Source: the human T2T-CHM13v2.0 reference genome, Homo sapiens
Assembly: GCF_009914755.1 (NCBI RefSeq)
Contig: NC_060925.1
Length of the DNA: 64,000 nt
Strand: one strand, 5' to 3'
Positions within the stretch are counted from its first letter, which is position 1; each line of letters opens with the position of its first letter. The position numbers and the translations under genes were made by a program. This document shows, piece by piece, positions 15,461 through 31,485 of this stretch. Under the pieces are notes generated by a model, which was given only the letters and a program-made list of their open reading frames with translations, had not been told where the DNA came from and made no database searches.

Positions 15461-16389
15461 GGCAGTTTAAAAATTGTCTACATTTCTAATCACTTCATCT
15501 GTGAATCTTTTTCTGTCTCTTTTGCTTATTTACTGGGTGATTTCCTTAGCTTTATTTTCCATGAACTTTTAGCTTTTGTTTTTAACTTTGGGACCCTATC
15601 ACTTCTCTTTGAAAGCTCTTCGATTTTTTTTTTTTTTTTTAGAACATCTTGCTCTTGTTTTGTGAATGCAATGAAACCTCAAATTAATCAAGTTACATTA
15701 TTCTTATGTTGCTTTTTCTGATTTTGCCTCTATAATTTTTATGTATTTTTTAAAAATCTCTTTCATGCCATTTTTTTTATATACCTAGTAATCCTTACTT
15801 GTTTATTTATATTTAAGAAATAACTGCTCAGCTAATAAGGATCTCCTCTGCTGCTATGTCTCTTTTCCCTTCTGTCTCTCTTTTGGATGAGAATATTCCT
15901 GGCTGCCAGCAGGAGACAGAGCAGAACATGTCAGCTGGTCAACTTTCCTCTGCTTCAGTGAAGAAGGCAAAGCTCTCAGACTGTTGCCCTTTCTTCTGTA
16001 AGAATGTGATGAGAAGGACTTAAACCTGTGATGCCAACATCTACACTAGGCATATTTCAAATATCTCATTCAATTTCCTTAGCAATGGCAGCCTCACTGC
16101 CTGTGCCAGGTAGGGGAGATTGGGAGCAACTATTCCTTATGAATACTCCTTTAGGGAATCCTCTTGTGTTTTCCTTATTTCTAACAGTTTGATCTCTCAA
16201 ACATATGTACGGCCATTTCTCTGAAGCTCCCTTGTAGCATATTCTGAGCAGTGGCTCTCATGCACTGTCTTCCCTCAACATGCTCTACTTAATGTGCTTT
16301 CATAGGTATGTTTATTACCTGCTGGTCTCTAACCTCCTTATCTATCTTACTTGCTTTGCTTTTTGTGTCTATTCTTATATAAATACTAG

Positions 16390-16555
16390 TATATGTTTGT
16401 GTGTGTGCCTGTGTGAACACACACAAGTATATATATGCATATATATAGTGCATATTTTATATGTGTAAAAGTATATATGAGGAATATATACAATATACAG
16501 ATTTTTATATATGTGTGTCTATGTACATGTGTGTATATATATGTATATATGTGTA
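16390..16555. repeat. Degenerate (TA/TG)n low-complexity tract
   Basis: Visible alternating purine-pyrimidine tract. Confidence 0.8.
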
Positions 16556-16732
16556 ATATTTTTTATTGGCTACTGGAGAAGAACAAAAGGGTAACATAAA
16601 TCTGCTATCTTGAAGCAGAGTCCTGAATTTTTTTTTTTTTTTTGCATGGTACACAGTCAAACTACAAGTTTACTCTTCTTAACATTGGAATCCTGTTGCT
16701 TTAAAATAATTATTATTGAGGTTTATCATTGT

Positions 16733-17140
16733 TGTTAGACAATTCTACATGGATCTCATGTTTATGCACAAGGATATTTGTCTAATGAAGAGCCTTGGAA
16801 AATAGAGATAGTCTTCTTCTGGAGAAATATACAGATTTGTTTGCTGTCCAAGATAATAAAGAGAATGCTTATCACCAGGGCAAAAGTTAGGAAGATTTAC
16901 TAGCCACCTATTATAAAAGATTGGGATTTTCTAAGCTCAGTCCCTCAAGCTAATCTTCAAGTGGACAGCATCTCCCTGGACTGTTCTGCATCTCTCAGGG
17001 GGACTTCAGGGGCAAGGGGAATCACACAAATATGAAACTGTGTCATGTGTAATAAAGTTCTTTGTCTCTGATCCGAGAAACTTGTATCTTCTACCAGAAT
17101 TCATGATATTTACCTCAGGCTAACTAGTTAGTTTGCAAAC
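16733..17140 (+). mobile_element. LTR40-like ERVL solo LTR
   Basis: GACAATTCTACATGG...GCCTTGGAAAATAGAGATAG...AGGCTAACTAGTTAGTTTGCAA matches LTR40; TATAAAA at 16912-16918 and AATAAA at 17051-17056 are retained. Confidence 0.75.
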
Positions 17141-17183
17141 GGTGTGCAATTTAAGGAGTACATATTGTATACAGGACAGAATA

Positions 17184-17300
17184 TAGAAGGTGGAATTAGT
17201 GGTTTCAACGTGTATTATACTAAATCTTGGTGTCTTGGCTAGTCTCAAAGATACCAAGATTTAGTATAAAACAAGTTGAAACCACTAATTCCACATTCTA
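17184..17300. repeat. Near-perfect inverted repeat (53-bp arms, 11-nt spacer)
   Basis: 17184-17236 is the reverse complement of 17248-17300 at 49/53 positions. Confidence 0.95.
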
Positions 17301-17818
17301 AACTTTGGTTGCTATCATTTTGTTTGATCTTGAGAAGTTACTGTAACCTTGACATTCACATTCAATCTCTTTTACAGTCATTTTAGAGGGTCTCTAGAGA
17401 AATTAGAACTAAACAGATATATTCAACCTACCATTATTAACTGAAGTCCTACATAAATGCTGTAAAGTTTACATCTTAAACTACAAAACATTGAAATAGA
17501 ATCTGTTAAAAATATTATTATTTCAAGCCATGGAAGCTGAAGATGTGTGCAGAGAAAGACTTTTTTTTTAACTATACATTTTTCACACTTCTGTGAAGCT
17601 TCAATGTTCTTGTCACTTACTGACATTACTTTAGTCTGTACATTGTTGCTTAAACTCATACAAACTAGTTTAAAATGATAATATTTAAGGAAAAAAATTT
17701 GAAAGCATAGGAACAAAAACCAAAAAACTAAATATGTTAAAAGTGGTTTTGTCTGAGTGAAGCAAATAACTTGGGGTGATATTTTCCTATAGTTTTCCAA
17801 ATTTTTCTATATGCATAG

Positions 17819-20354
<2,536 letters not shown>

Positions 20355-21205
20355 AAGAGTGGGATAGTAAAGAAGAGACAATTATAAAAAATCAACCTGA
20401 GATCAAACACTCAACTAAGCCAATGTCTAGGGAATATAAAATGGTTAATTCAGGCAAAGACCAATACCCTGCACCATCTTGCCCTCTAACACTTAAATGA
20501 AAGTTTGTGTTTGCAATATTGACATGAAGGCTCTAAAAATCCTCAGACAACAAAGAAAGATATAGCTATGCTTGCAACATGGGAATTTGCTAAGGGCATT
20601 TTGTAAGGATTATTTTAAAAGTGTTGAAATAATGATTTTCTGACTAACCTACAATTAACCACAACATTAAGTTAACCCAAATGTTGCAGTTCCTTCAAAG
20701 TTCTGCATAATTACAATCTTCCCACTGTTTCATACTTACCTCCCTAGGATTTTTTTCCTAGGGAGTTATTCTATATATTAAACAACCAAACACAGCCCAG
20801 GCATTCAAAGCTGAACTTCTTTCCATAATTAAAAAAGTACTTTAAAAAGCCAACTTCTTTCTGTACTTAAAATAACACTATCGGATCTGGCTACATGGGA
20901 ATCCGGCAGAGGACATGTCCCACTGCCCTGGACTCATTGAATTACTGTGGCCCCAGGAGGTACATTTTTCTATCATTTTGGAATTCTGATTTTTTAAATT
21001 TTAAATTAATTTACTGCTTCAAAAGCACCAGTGATATTCTTGTATATCTCTGTCCCAATCAAAATCTTAATATGTGAATAGCACTATGCAAGACACAACA
21101 GAAGACATACAGAAGAAAACAAATTCTATCTTTAAGAAGCTTACCATTCAGAAGGAGAAACCAGATGTAAATATAGCAAACCATTAAAAAAAAAAGCACG
21201 CTGAA

Positions 21206-21533
<328 letters not shown>

Positions 21534-24149
21534 CTAATGAATTGCAATAGGACCCTCACACAGGAGGGGGAACTGTGTGGGATGGCAGAGTGTAAATGCC
21601 CAGGGGAATCAGAATATACAGTCAGGAATTTGAACTATACCCAGCTTTTTGTGCAATGGTGAAAAAGGCTCCAGCTTGAGACTAAAAGAGATTCAGATGT
21701 GTCTAGGGACATCTGGCAAAAAAAGCAGTGTCAGCCCCCAGAATCTTGTCTGCATAAAGACTGAGAAATTTTCTGGAAGAGGACTGGTCCCGAGAGAGGA
21801 ATGATCCAGGAAAGATTAGGTTGACTCAGTAAAAAAGTCTGTGTCATGGGATGAGGAAGATAATTCCGAACACAGCAAGTCTGAGATTCATCCCTACCTT
21901 AACTCCAGTTCAGCTTAGTCTGAGTATGATGGGAAGCAGAGAGTTCTAAGTAAATGCTGAAGTGGTTTTACTTTGTGACATGAGCAACTCTGCATTGGAA
22001 TTCCCTCTAGCAGAACTTAACAGAAAGAAAAAGTCTCCCCTGACCACTTTTCCATAGGGTATAAATCATCACACAGCTTTGGTGCCCTGAAGTCACAGCA
22101 TGGTGCCTGGCAGAGCTGGCACTGTGTCTGCCATGCCTTGCCAACTGCCTGAGGGTGGTCAGTCAGGAGAAAATGCCATGCCTTACGGATCAGTCACAGA
22201 GACAAGATACTTGACAATGGAATAGAGGCAGCATCTGGAGCAGGCTTTTAAACCCAACACAGCGTTAGCAGCAGCCACGGAGAGACTGCTGAACCAGTCA
22301 AATGTCAAGCCTGGAATAGCAGAAATGTACCAGCCATGCCCAGTAGAGCAGCAACAACCCCAACTTAGAAACAGCTGTGTCCCACAACATAAGCTCCAAC
22401 TTATCTGTGGCCATATGAGAATGTAGGGAAAAACTGTCCGTAGGGTAAAAACTTCCAGGGGTTGAGGGGACCTGTGTCAGCGTAAGAGGACATGTAATAG
22501 TGACATTGGAGTCTTTAATGTTAGCATGCCTCACAGATATCTGCAGGAAGGAGAGATCTTGAGAAATCTGGGCTATACAATTAGTCATTTCTCAATGCAA
22601 GTGTAGGAAAGACAGCCTTTAGCTTTGGTGTTCAATATTAGGTCTATAACAAAGCCAAAAATAACATTAGGTATGTGTACAGAAATAGTGTCTTTATGCC
22701 TCATGTTGATTATCTGTTATATAAGGAGCCTTAGAGAATCACAATACTAAGATGCTACAATGATAGAACTCAAGTAGACCAGCCCTCTGATGTTCAAATA
22801 TGAGAGTGAGGCTCAGAAGAAAGAAAGCCAAGCACTGACTGGTGGTGGAACAGGAAGAAGAACAGAAATCTTCTGACTTTCAGCCCAGGGATCTTTGCAT
22901 GACACTATAAGGACTCAGGGAGACCTAAGGAGAAACAATAAGCCTGACCATTTGATTCTAGAAAGTGTTAGCAAATAACTTATCTTCAGCCATTCTGTAC
23001 AAATAAAAACAAAGTGGTGAATTTGTGCAAGAATGGTTAAGATGCTCTTTCCTGGAATGTGAATGTGTTTATATATACATTTCTATTAATTTGGAAATGT
23101 AAATGCCAGGATTGATTTCTGGAATAATGCCTTAAAAATTAGAAACACCATTAGAATTAGATTCAGAACTGAAAAAGTTTGCACAACTTTTTGTTTTCTC
23201 TGAGGAATGGATGAAGCAAACATTGAGGGGGGAAGTGAAGAACGGAGGCACGCAAGCAAAAACAAGAACCAGAATGAGGAACGAAAATAGAAGAGGAAGT
23301 AAGTAGAGGAGAAAGAGCCACATGAGAAGCCTGGAGTGTCTACGTGAATGAGGTGGATGGGTAGAACTCCATTCAGAGGACACTGAACATGAAGTTCATC
23401 TGTTTTAACTGGTGTGATTTACTTGACATAAGTGACAGCCCGAAACAGAAATAATAATCATCTGTCAAACAATTTGTTTCACTGTTTCTTGACTGTCCGG
23501 CATGTTGTTTTCTTTTTTTAACCTAACCTGCCTGTTTCCTTGACCAGTCAAGTCAAAACAGACAACCCAATGTGTACATGTTAACACAGGCTCTCTCTTG
23601 AGTTAATGGCTCAGAAGTCTGAGTCATTGCCCTGAGAACCCCAGATTCTAACTATTCTCTTCTTCTAAATTAGAATGGGATGGCCTCTGTTTATATTTTC
23701 GTTAAATAGAACCACATGATTGCAACCTTGCCGCTGGGGGTTGTTAGCAGAGAATTTATTAGCCTGAGCCAGTATCCTTGACTGCAGGGCTGCTTTGGTT
23801 GCTGGAGTACACCCTCGATTTGCTATTTTTCCTCAAGAGTTACACTTTAGTGGGTTTCTCCTAGGGGCCTGTGTCTGTATATTGAAGGAGAAAAGAAAAA
23901 TGAGTATGTCCTTTACATGATCCAGCTGTCTCTGCTACTCCAACCCTCTCTGCTATATTATCAGAGCTTTCCACGTGAAGTCTGAAGTCCCCACAAAGGA
24001 AAAGTAAAAGATTCGCTTTCACTTATCCTGTGAAAATATAATGGACATATTCCTGGGAAGTGGCAGTGGCTTACTAGGTCTCTGGTCCTTTTTCACATGT
24101 AATAATCAAGTTAGAAATTTTCTTAAGGTGTCTTCCTTTTACTTAAAAG

Positions 24150-24420
24150 GTTGTCTCCTCTGAACTCTCATATACCCTTTGAGGCCCAGACTAGATGCCA
24201 CCACCTCCATGAGGTTCTCCTTGATTCTTCCCACCCCATCTGAAAATCCACACTTTTTGGATTTGTGTTTCCCTTCTCTGTGTCCTTAGATTCCACTTCT
24301 CCATTCCCTGCTTTGTATCATGCTGATGTCATCTACAAATGTGTCAGCTCCCTGATGCTGGTAATTATGTTTTAACCATCATGTTTCTAATAGAGTAATG
24401 AATGTTAACTCAAAATGAAC
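24150..24420 (+). mobile_element. L2 fragment
   Basis: CCCTTTGAGGCCCAGACTAGATGCCACCACCTCCATGAGG resembles L2. Confidence 0.5.
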
Positions 24421-25024
24421 TGGCAGAAGGCTAATAGGAAAAGCCTGAGGATGAGGCAAGGGGAAAGGAGGGAGGGGTTATTGGTAGCTGAAAAGAATGT
24501 AGAGGGAGAAAGAGGAAAAGACAAGATTGTTCGGTATTACCATGGAAGAGGGTACAGGGTGGTGGGAGGAGCTTGCAGGATAAGACAAGGGGAAGCTCAG
24601 AAGGAGGATCACTAAGATGAAGACAGAACAGAAAGTGGTCAGAAGTCAGTGAAGGGCTGCAGTTGGAGTAAATGCTGCCATAATGGTGTGGACAGTAGTT
24701 CCTTCCTTGTGGGAAGGGGAGGAAGGTGAGGACGGCAGGGAAGAGCAATCATCTCATCCCAGGCTACCTCTCCTTCCCATTTCTTCCAGAAGTATGCCTT
24801 GTTCCCCAGGCTTACCAGCCTCTGTGACACCTCGTTATTCTGTCACCAGTCCTCATGCAGAGGTTTAAGCCTATTCTTCTCTCCATAGCTCCAGCACCAG
24901 AGGAATTCTGAGATTAAATTCCCTGAGTCTGCTCCGTCTTTCAGGTGTAAATAAAACATGATTGTCCTTAGATTACAAAAGTGTACAGTTAACATGTATG
25001 TATGGTCTTCTTTTTCATCTATGT

Positions 25025-25026
<2 letters not shown>

Positions 25027-25066
<40 letters not shown>
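25027..25066. repeat. (TA)n(CA)n microsatellite
   Basis: Directly visible. Confidence 0.95.
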
Positions 25067-25068
<2 letters not shown>

Positions 25069-26890
25069 ACATATGTACATACAGGGGTGAGATTTTTGAC
25101 TTTCTATATCACTTCTCTTATAATCAGGTAATCAAATTCATTATGAAACCTCAGAAAGGATGTTGAGTCTTCAATAACACTAGGAAGGAAGATATGCTGT
25201 TCAGAAGCAAGAACTGTTGACAGTGTAAATGACAGGCCAATCCCTGGAGTCCTAGGAAGAAAATAAAAAGATAATAAAGAGCAGCCTGTACCAAGAAATT
25301 GTCTTTGAGGGTTTATATAGAATAAAAGATCTTCCCGTCCTAAAGGAGCCATCCTTTGATCCCACCCCTCAGTAGTCTCTCTTCTTACTGCTTCATTGCC
25401 TCCTAACCTCCCAACCACTTTCCCAAAATGGGAACCACAACATGGAATTTGGATTTTGAGTAGTCCCTGATCCTCTTGCTGACAAGGTTTAGGAAGGAAA
25501 CAGAGGGAGGATCTGTGATTCTGTTCTTTCAGTAGAAGGTGAAAGTAGTTTTTTAAGATATTTCATAGGCATTATCTTATCTGAGCCTTGCAACAATAAC
25601 CCAGTGAAGACAAAAAGCAACTTTTATAATCTGCCCTTCTCCATTCAGTTAAAGAAACTCAGAGCTAAAAAGGGTTCTGAGAATTTTCTAAAATCATTCA
25701 ACTAGTGAGGAACCAGCCTGGCCTTCTACTACAAAAGGCAGTGATGCTTTCACCACCTCTTCCTACTTCTTGGTTCACTGATGATGGTTCTATGCTATTA
25801 AGATGGAAACTATTTATTGGGTACATTATGGGTCCAACAGGCTTTAGTGAACTGGGCTGACCTGGGGAAGTAACCATCAAACATGACTTTGTTTCATCGG
25901 AAAAATTTGTTCTGGGTTCTAAACAGCTGATTTACATACAATATTTTAGTACACAGCTCATTTTAAATTGAGGACTGCCTGTACTAAGCTTCTAACTTCT
26001 AAGGATAGAAAGATAGTCCCTTTTATTTTTCCTGTTCTGCTTTTGGAAACTACCAACAAGGGTGCCAATTAGCACCAGATGGGACAGGGACTGTGTGATG
26101 TGGAACTCCGACCACTGGGAACTGGAACAAGTCCACTAATGTATTAAGCAATCGAAGAGCCAGAAGTTGGGCAGGCTTCAAATTTGGCACAATGTAAAGT
26201 TCGGATCTGTAAAGGCCCAGCTTTATACACAGAATCTGTCCCTTCTCGACTCACTGCCTATGAAGACTAGCAAGGGGAATGGGAATTTAGAACTCTAATA
26301 CCTTCAAGCCTGTAGACTTTTATTTGCATGTTGCCTTTCACTCTGTATCTTTTCTCCATTTTGAACTTGAGTAAATCTTTATGGAATAATTAAGAGGAGG
26401 TGTAAATGCTTGTTTATCTTGGAAACCTGGATTTTAAGTCTATAATTCTTACTTAGCTGCCTTTACTTTCTGGATATCTTGATTTTTTAAATAATAACTC
26501 TGCATACGTCCAAAGTCAAAATTAAGAGTAGAAATGAAACATCAGGTTAACTCAAACTCAAAGGTAATTGAGATTTAAATGGTATGTTTACTAAAAACAT
26601 AGATAAGTGAAGCAACATGGGAATTTCTATCGATATTATTCAGATAAATGTCTATTTTCTTCTCCTCGTTTAGCCAGCCACGTGCCTTCAATGCAAGTTT
26701 AGCTTGCTGAGTTTTGTCACTTACCACTCATGCTGTACTACATTAGCTTTCCCAGGCAGTGATCTAAATCACCTTGAAGACTGTTGAACACAAGATAAAT
26801 TGAACGCAATCTTGCCTCAGCTTCATACAGCCTGTATTTAATAGAAATGAAGTTAGGTTTTGCCTATAAAATGAGTGTCTTAGATCTGAG

Positions 26891-27132
26891 CACTACTTTC
26901 CAAATTTTTTTCTTATTATGGCACATATGGAAAATGATATTATTTAGTAGTGCTCACTGGTCTAAAGAGATAGATAAGGTAGCTCATGGCTAGGGAAAAG
27001 TGACTGAGGGCTCGAGGTACCCCAGATTCTGCCCAGCCAAAATAGGGCTGGGGGATCAATACCTTGACACACCTGGATTAGTAGCACAATGTGTTCACAT
27101 CTACCACTGGGAACACCAGATTGGAAGCTCTG
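26891..27132 (-). mobile_element. MER112-like hAT-Charlie element
   Basis: Reverse complement begins CAGAGCTTCCAA and contains GGTATTGATCCCCCAGCCC and ATATCATTTTCCATATGTGCCAT. Confidence 0.7.
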
Positions 27133-27306
27133 TAGTAAAAGATATTTAAGGACTATTTGGAGATTCTATGACTTCTTTATAGTATAATTTACTGGGACTT
27201 GACCACCGATGTGTGATTTGGGTATTATGGTTCAAAACTTTCTAAATCATAAACTGATCCCAGAATGTTTGATGCTTGGTTAACAGCATGGAAAGGCCCC
27301 TAATGC

Positions 27307-27421
27307 TGGGATGACCAACTGTCCCAATTTGACCAAGAATGAGGGGTTTCCCATGACGTGAGACTGTCAGTGCTAAAAGCAGGGCAGTCCTGTATAAACC
27401 AGGGCAGTTATCTCCTACCTA
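27307..27421 (+). mobile_element. MER81 hAT-Blackjack MITE
   Basis: GATGACCAACTGTCCCAATTTG...GAGGGGTTTCCC...CAGTGCTAAAA; about 115 bp. Confidence 0.8.
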
Positions 27422-28579
27422 CACTGTATTAAAATCCTTTATTAAGGAAACAAAGAAAAGAGAATCCAGGGTTTCTGCTTTCAGGGCTTGGTGTTTGTTG
27501 TAGTCTTTCTTCCCCGGCCATTGGAACCAGAGGCAGCACCCCTGTGAACTGGTCATAGAGTCCAGGTCATCTATGGTTTAAAAAGCAGAAGGCTATGATT
27601 TTTCTTATAAAATGTTTTCCTTTGTAGAGTTGTTTTTGCCAGTTCCAAGAGGAAATAGTGGGCTGAAATCAAGAGGCATGACTGGATGACTAGTACTAAG
27701 CAAATGATTCGTGCAAAGATTTCACTGGAAACATTCAGACTCATAACAATAGTAGTTCTGACATGACTACCTCTTGCCTGAGAAACTCATAAACATGGCC
27801 TCTAGGCTATACTTTTTTTTTCAGCAGCTGCTGGTTCTTTAATTTAATTATAAGTTACAAGTAAGCTTCTTAAAGAGGCCATGTGTGTACCAAACAGTGT
27901 TCAGAGGACACTCCGTTCACAAATTTTATGACAGTCAGCACTGTTGGAATTACATGTTCTAATATGAGATGGGTGGACTGGTGTGGGAGAAATAAGAGCC
28001 ACCATTCTCCTCCTCCCCCACCCAGACTTAAACCAAAATTGTTTTTGAGGTTCAAAAATATTCACATGACAGCTTTCTATGTTTGGCTGGGGCAGACTAA
28101 ACTGCAATGCCAAGAAAATGGTTCCTTCTAGCTTTAATTCTAATACAGATGTCACAGGACCTGAGAGGTGCTTCAGTGCTGGGTCCTCGCTCTCACGCAG
28201 AGCTCCTGTTTCATTATGAACATTTATTATGCACTTACTTTTGTGCACAGAACTAGGCTTTGCGCTGAATGAGAAATGCGTAAGGTAACAATCTTTGCCC
28301 TCAATGTACACACCATGTCTTGAGGGAAAAGCCATCAAAGCAAGTAATTTTTACACAAAGCAGAATAAAAGAATAGAAATGTAAAAACATAAAAAAGGAA
28401 GAAATGGCATGTGAGCTGGTGGTATTTGGCAGGGTTCGCCATGTCAGTGAAAGGGGTGAAATTTGAAGTTCTAGAAACACACAACAGGAAGTTTTTTTCT
28501 CTTGCCATTACCCACCAAGACTAACATACTCTTGCTTCTCTGAGATCCATGTCACACAGAAGCCTCTTTTCCGAATGAA

Positions 28580-28760
28580 CGTTGACTTTGAAGTCAGACA
28601 GATTTGAGTTTGAATTCCACCTCTGTCAGGCATGAACTGTGTGACTCTGGGAAAATTAGTGTCTCTAAATTGATTTTCTACGTTATAAAAGAGAATAACC
28701 AAAACCAGCTTTATAAATGTAGAAGAGGTAAGATATGTAAAATTACCTCATACAGATCTT
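28580..28760 (+). mobile_element. MIR fragment
   Basis: GACTTTGAAGTCAGACAGATTTGAGTTTGAATTCCACCTCTG is the MIR 5' region. Confidence 0.75.
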
Positions 28761-30274
28761 CTACAAATTGGGCAATTTATGAGAGAGAGGGAGAACTACA
28801 TGTAGTGGGAAGACTTGTACTGTACTCTCTCATGGTGTATAATAGCCCCCAGCTCTTTCATTATTAGAGAAACCAACAATACATTTTAAACTTACGGTAA
28901 ATTAGATTCATTAGAATCTCAGATTCTAAGAATGAAATCCTTAGAATTGAATTAGACTCATTGTTTTCGTATTAATGTCTTTTTCTAAGGAGATGGTGGA
29001 GTTAAAGATGCATGAAGGAATGAAGGGAGAAGATGTGTAAGTATGTGGACAGCCAAAACCTGACAAAAAAGAATGAATATAGTTCAGAAGAAAATGCATA
29101 TTTCATGTCCTATCTTCCAGTAAAAACTAGTACATATTTATCTTTTACATGTGTTTTATTATATCTTTGGTTACTGATATTTGGTCAAATGTAAACAAAA
29201 CACTCATTGGATATACCAAGCATCACTTACAATGATGCAGCTTTATTCTTCTGGAGAAATTGTTGGAGGGAATTGCAATATGGTTTTGCAATGTGTGTAA
29301 CATTTTGGCACATACTAGTGATAATTTTCAATGATTTTTCCCCTTCATGAATATATTCCAGATATTAATTTGAGACTCTAATATGAGGAGACCAACTTAG
29401 GTAACCCAGTGGTTCAGGGTTAGCAGGTTGGATGTGATTATCTCCAAAAGTCAACTCCCCTCTCCCGCCTCCTTTAGCCATCTTTTCCACTGCTTATTTC
29501 TTCTTACCATTAGTAATATTTTTTCCCTAATACCTATTTCAGCTTTTCTTCCTCAATAACTAGCTGTCTTCAGTAAAGAAAAAAACCACACTCCCTTTTA
29601 AACTACAAAGATAGCATCTTTCCCCACTTTTAGACTCAAATAAGAAGAGGAGCCGTACAAGGGGTAGAGCTTGGTAGATGACAGAAGAGGTGCAGAGGAA
29701 GAAAAGAGCAAGGCAAGCATGGTCTCTGTTTCCCTCCTTTTCTTGGCCCACATACTATTTTCTCCTCCAAGTTCCTGACTAATTACAAATTCACTGTGGG
29801 AGGCTGTTGTGCTTTCCACCTGGTTTCCATTGCACGGGAAGGAGATCAGTGCCCAAAACACATTTCAGTGCCTGACATGGAAATGCCAAGAGTTGAGATA
29901 CCCTACTGAGCAATATTGATAGATAAGCAACAAGTCACATCTCTATCAAGTCATTTTTTAAAAAATATCTACATCGATTTCCTTTTGCTAGATGAGTCAA
30001 ATGCTCACAACTGTAGTTCTGTCATACTTGGCAGAGTAACACTACATGTTTTTTTTTCTGGTTAAGAATTCTGTGATCTTCAGCAAATTTGCTTGTTCTA
30101 TCACTGGCTCCATTTCTTTGGGATTTTTCTCAAAATTATCACAATGTTCACTGCCCTCAGTTTCAATGTTGGGTACAATAGGTCTATTAGTTTTATCCAA
30201 TGCTAAAATTTCTTTTTAAAAACTTCTGGGAAATTAACTACTGAATACATCAAATGTGTGGAGAAGGTAACCTA

Positions 30275-30670
30275 CATCCATTCATTCGTTTATTCATTTA
30301 GACAACAATATTTAGTTAGCTCCTACTATGTAACGAGCACTGTATGGGCAGTGGGGATACAGCAATGAAGAAAAAGAAAAAAAATTAAAAGACAATATCC
30401 TCTGTATCATGAGTTTTATGATAAATATTCTGTGATGAGAGAGACAAAATACATAACATAATAAACAATTGTATTACATAATATTTCAGAGAACAATACT
30501 TAGGATAACAGAGATGAAAGGTGCTGGATGACAAGAGTATGATTTTATACAGGATGATCATGGGTATCTGAGAAGGTGATATTGAGGAAAGAATTAAAAG
30601 AGGTTAAAAAGCAAACCAAACGGATAGAAAGGAATACTACTACAGGCAAAGACCCTGAAGTGGAACATGG
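30275..30670 (-). mobile_element. L2 (L2a-like) 3' end
   Basis: (CATT)n tail followed by CTCCTACTATGT...GGGGATACAGCAATGAA. Confidence 0.8.
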
Positions 30671-31426
30671 TTATGAGATGATACCAGGTGCACTGGCTGA
30701 CCATATTATCTTGGGCTGTATAGAGTCAGAAACATGATTTTACCACAGCACTTGAAAATCAAGCTAATAAAACATGTTCAAATAAAATATTACTCTATTT
30801 CCTTCATGTTAGGCTCAGAAAAATTTTACGCTAAGTGAGATCAGCGTTCCCTCCTTTCAGACTTATCCGTTGATACTACAAAACACTGTAAACAATATAA
30901 CTACAGAGCAAGTGTTATCAATGTTCAAAAACATGAATGTTGTTTTCCATTGTAATATAATGAATACACACTGAGTTGTTTGCTTTTGGAAAAAAGTAAA
31001 TGTTGGAATACATTCTATAAACATGGTTTAAGTTATGTTATAAAGTTACACTTTCTAGGCAGTTTTACTGGTCTTATAGCCATCAGCCAAAAGTCTCAGG
31101 TGCTTAGGTCGGTGGAAAAATAAGCTACTGTCTTAGAGTTTTCAATAAAACAGTCAAAAAAGAGGTTGATCTTAAAGAAAAACTAACATAGAAACTAATA
31201 TTATTTTAGAGATCCATTTTTTTCTGTTTTACTTTATATTATTCACATTAAAATACTTTATAGGTTTATTTCTCTCAAAGGATTTAGGTTTTTTCCAAAA
31301 CGTCAACTCAGTCTTCAAAGTTGGGTTTAAATTAAGATTGAGAAAAATATTTTTTAAACTCTTGTAATTTCTAATTATTTTTAATCATGTCTTTGACATT
31401 TTTCTTATCTATATTTAAAAAAAAAA

Positions 31427-31485
31427 CTCAATTCATCCACCTAACAAAAAACTACTTGTACCCCAAAGCTATTGAAATAAAATTT
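31427..31485 (+). mobile_element. Very short L1PB/L1MA 3'-terminal fragment
   Basis: CAATTCATCCACCTAACAAAAAACTACTTGTACCCCAAAGCTATTGAAATAAAA. Confidence 0.6.

Noticed and set aside
20732-20741. U1 snRNA pseudogene (ATACTTACCT)
   Set aside because: Only 10 nt match and the following sequence is not U1; better read as a minus-strand donor
27901-28338. Longest non-L1 ORFs (145 aa here; also 17423-17800 and 52273-52656)
   Set aside because: No recognisable homology or supporting splice structure; composition reflects AT-rich or low-complexity DNA
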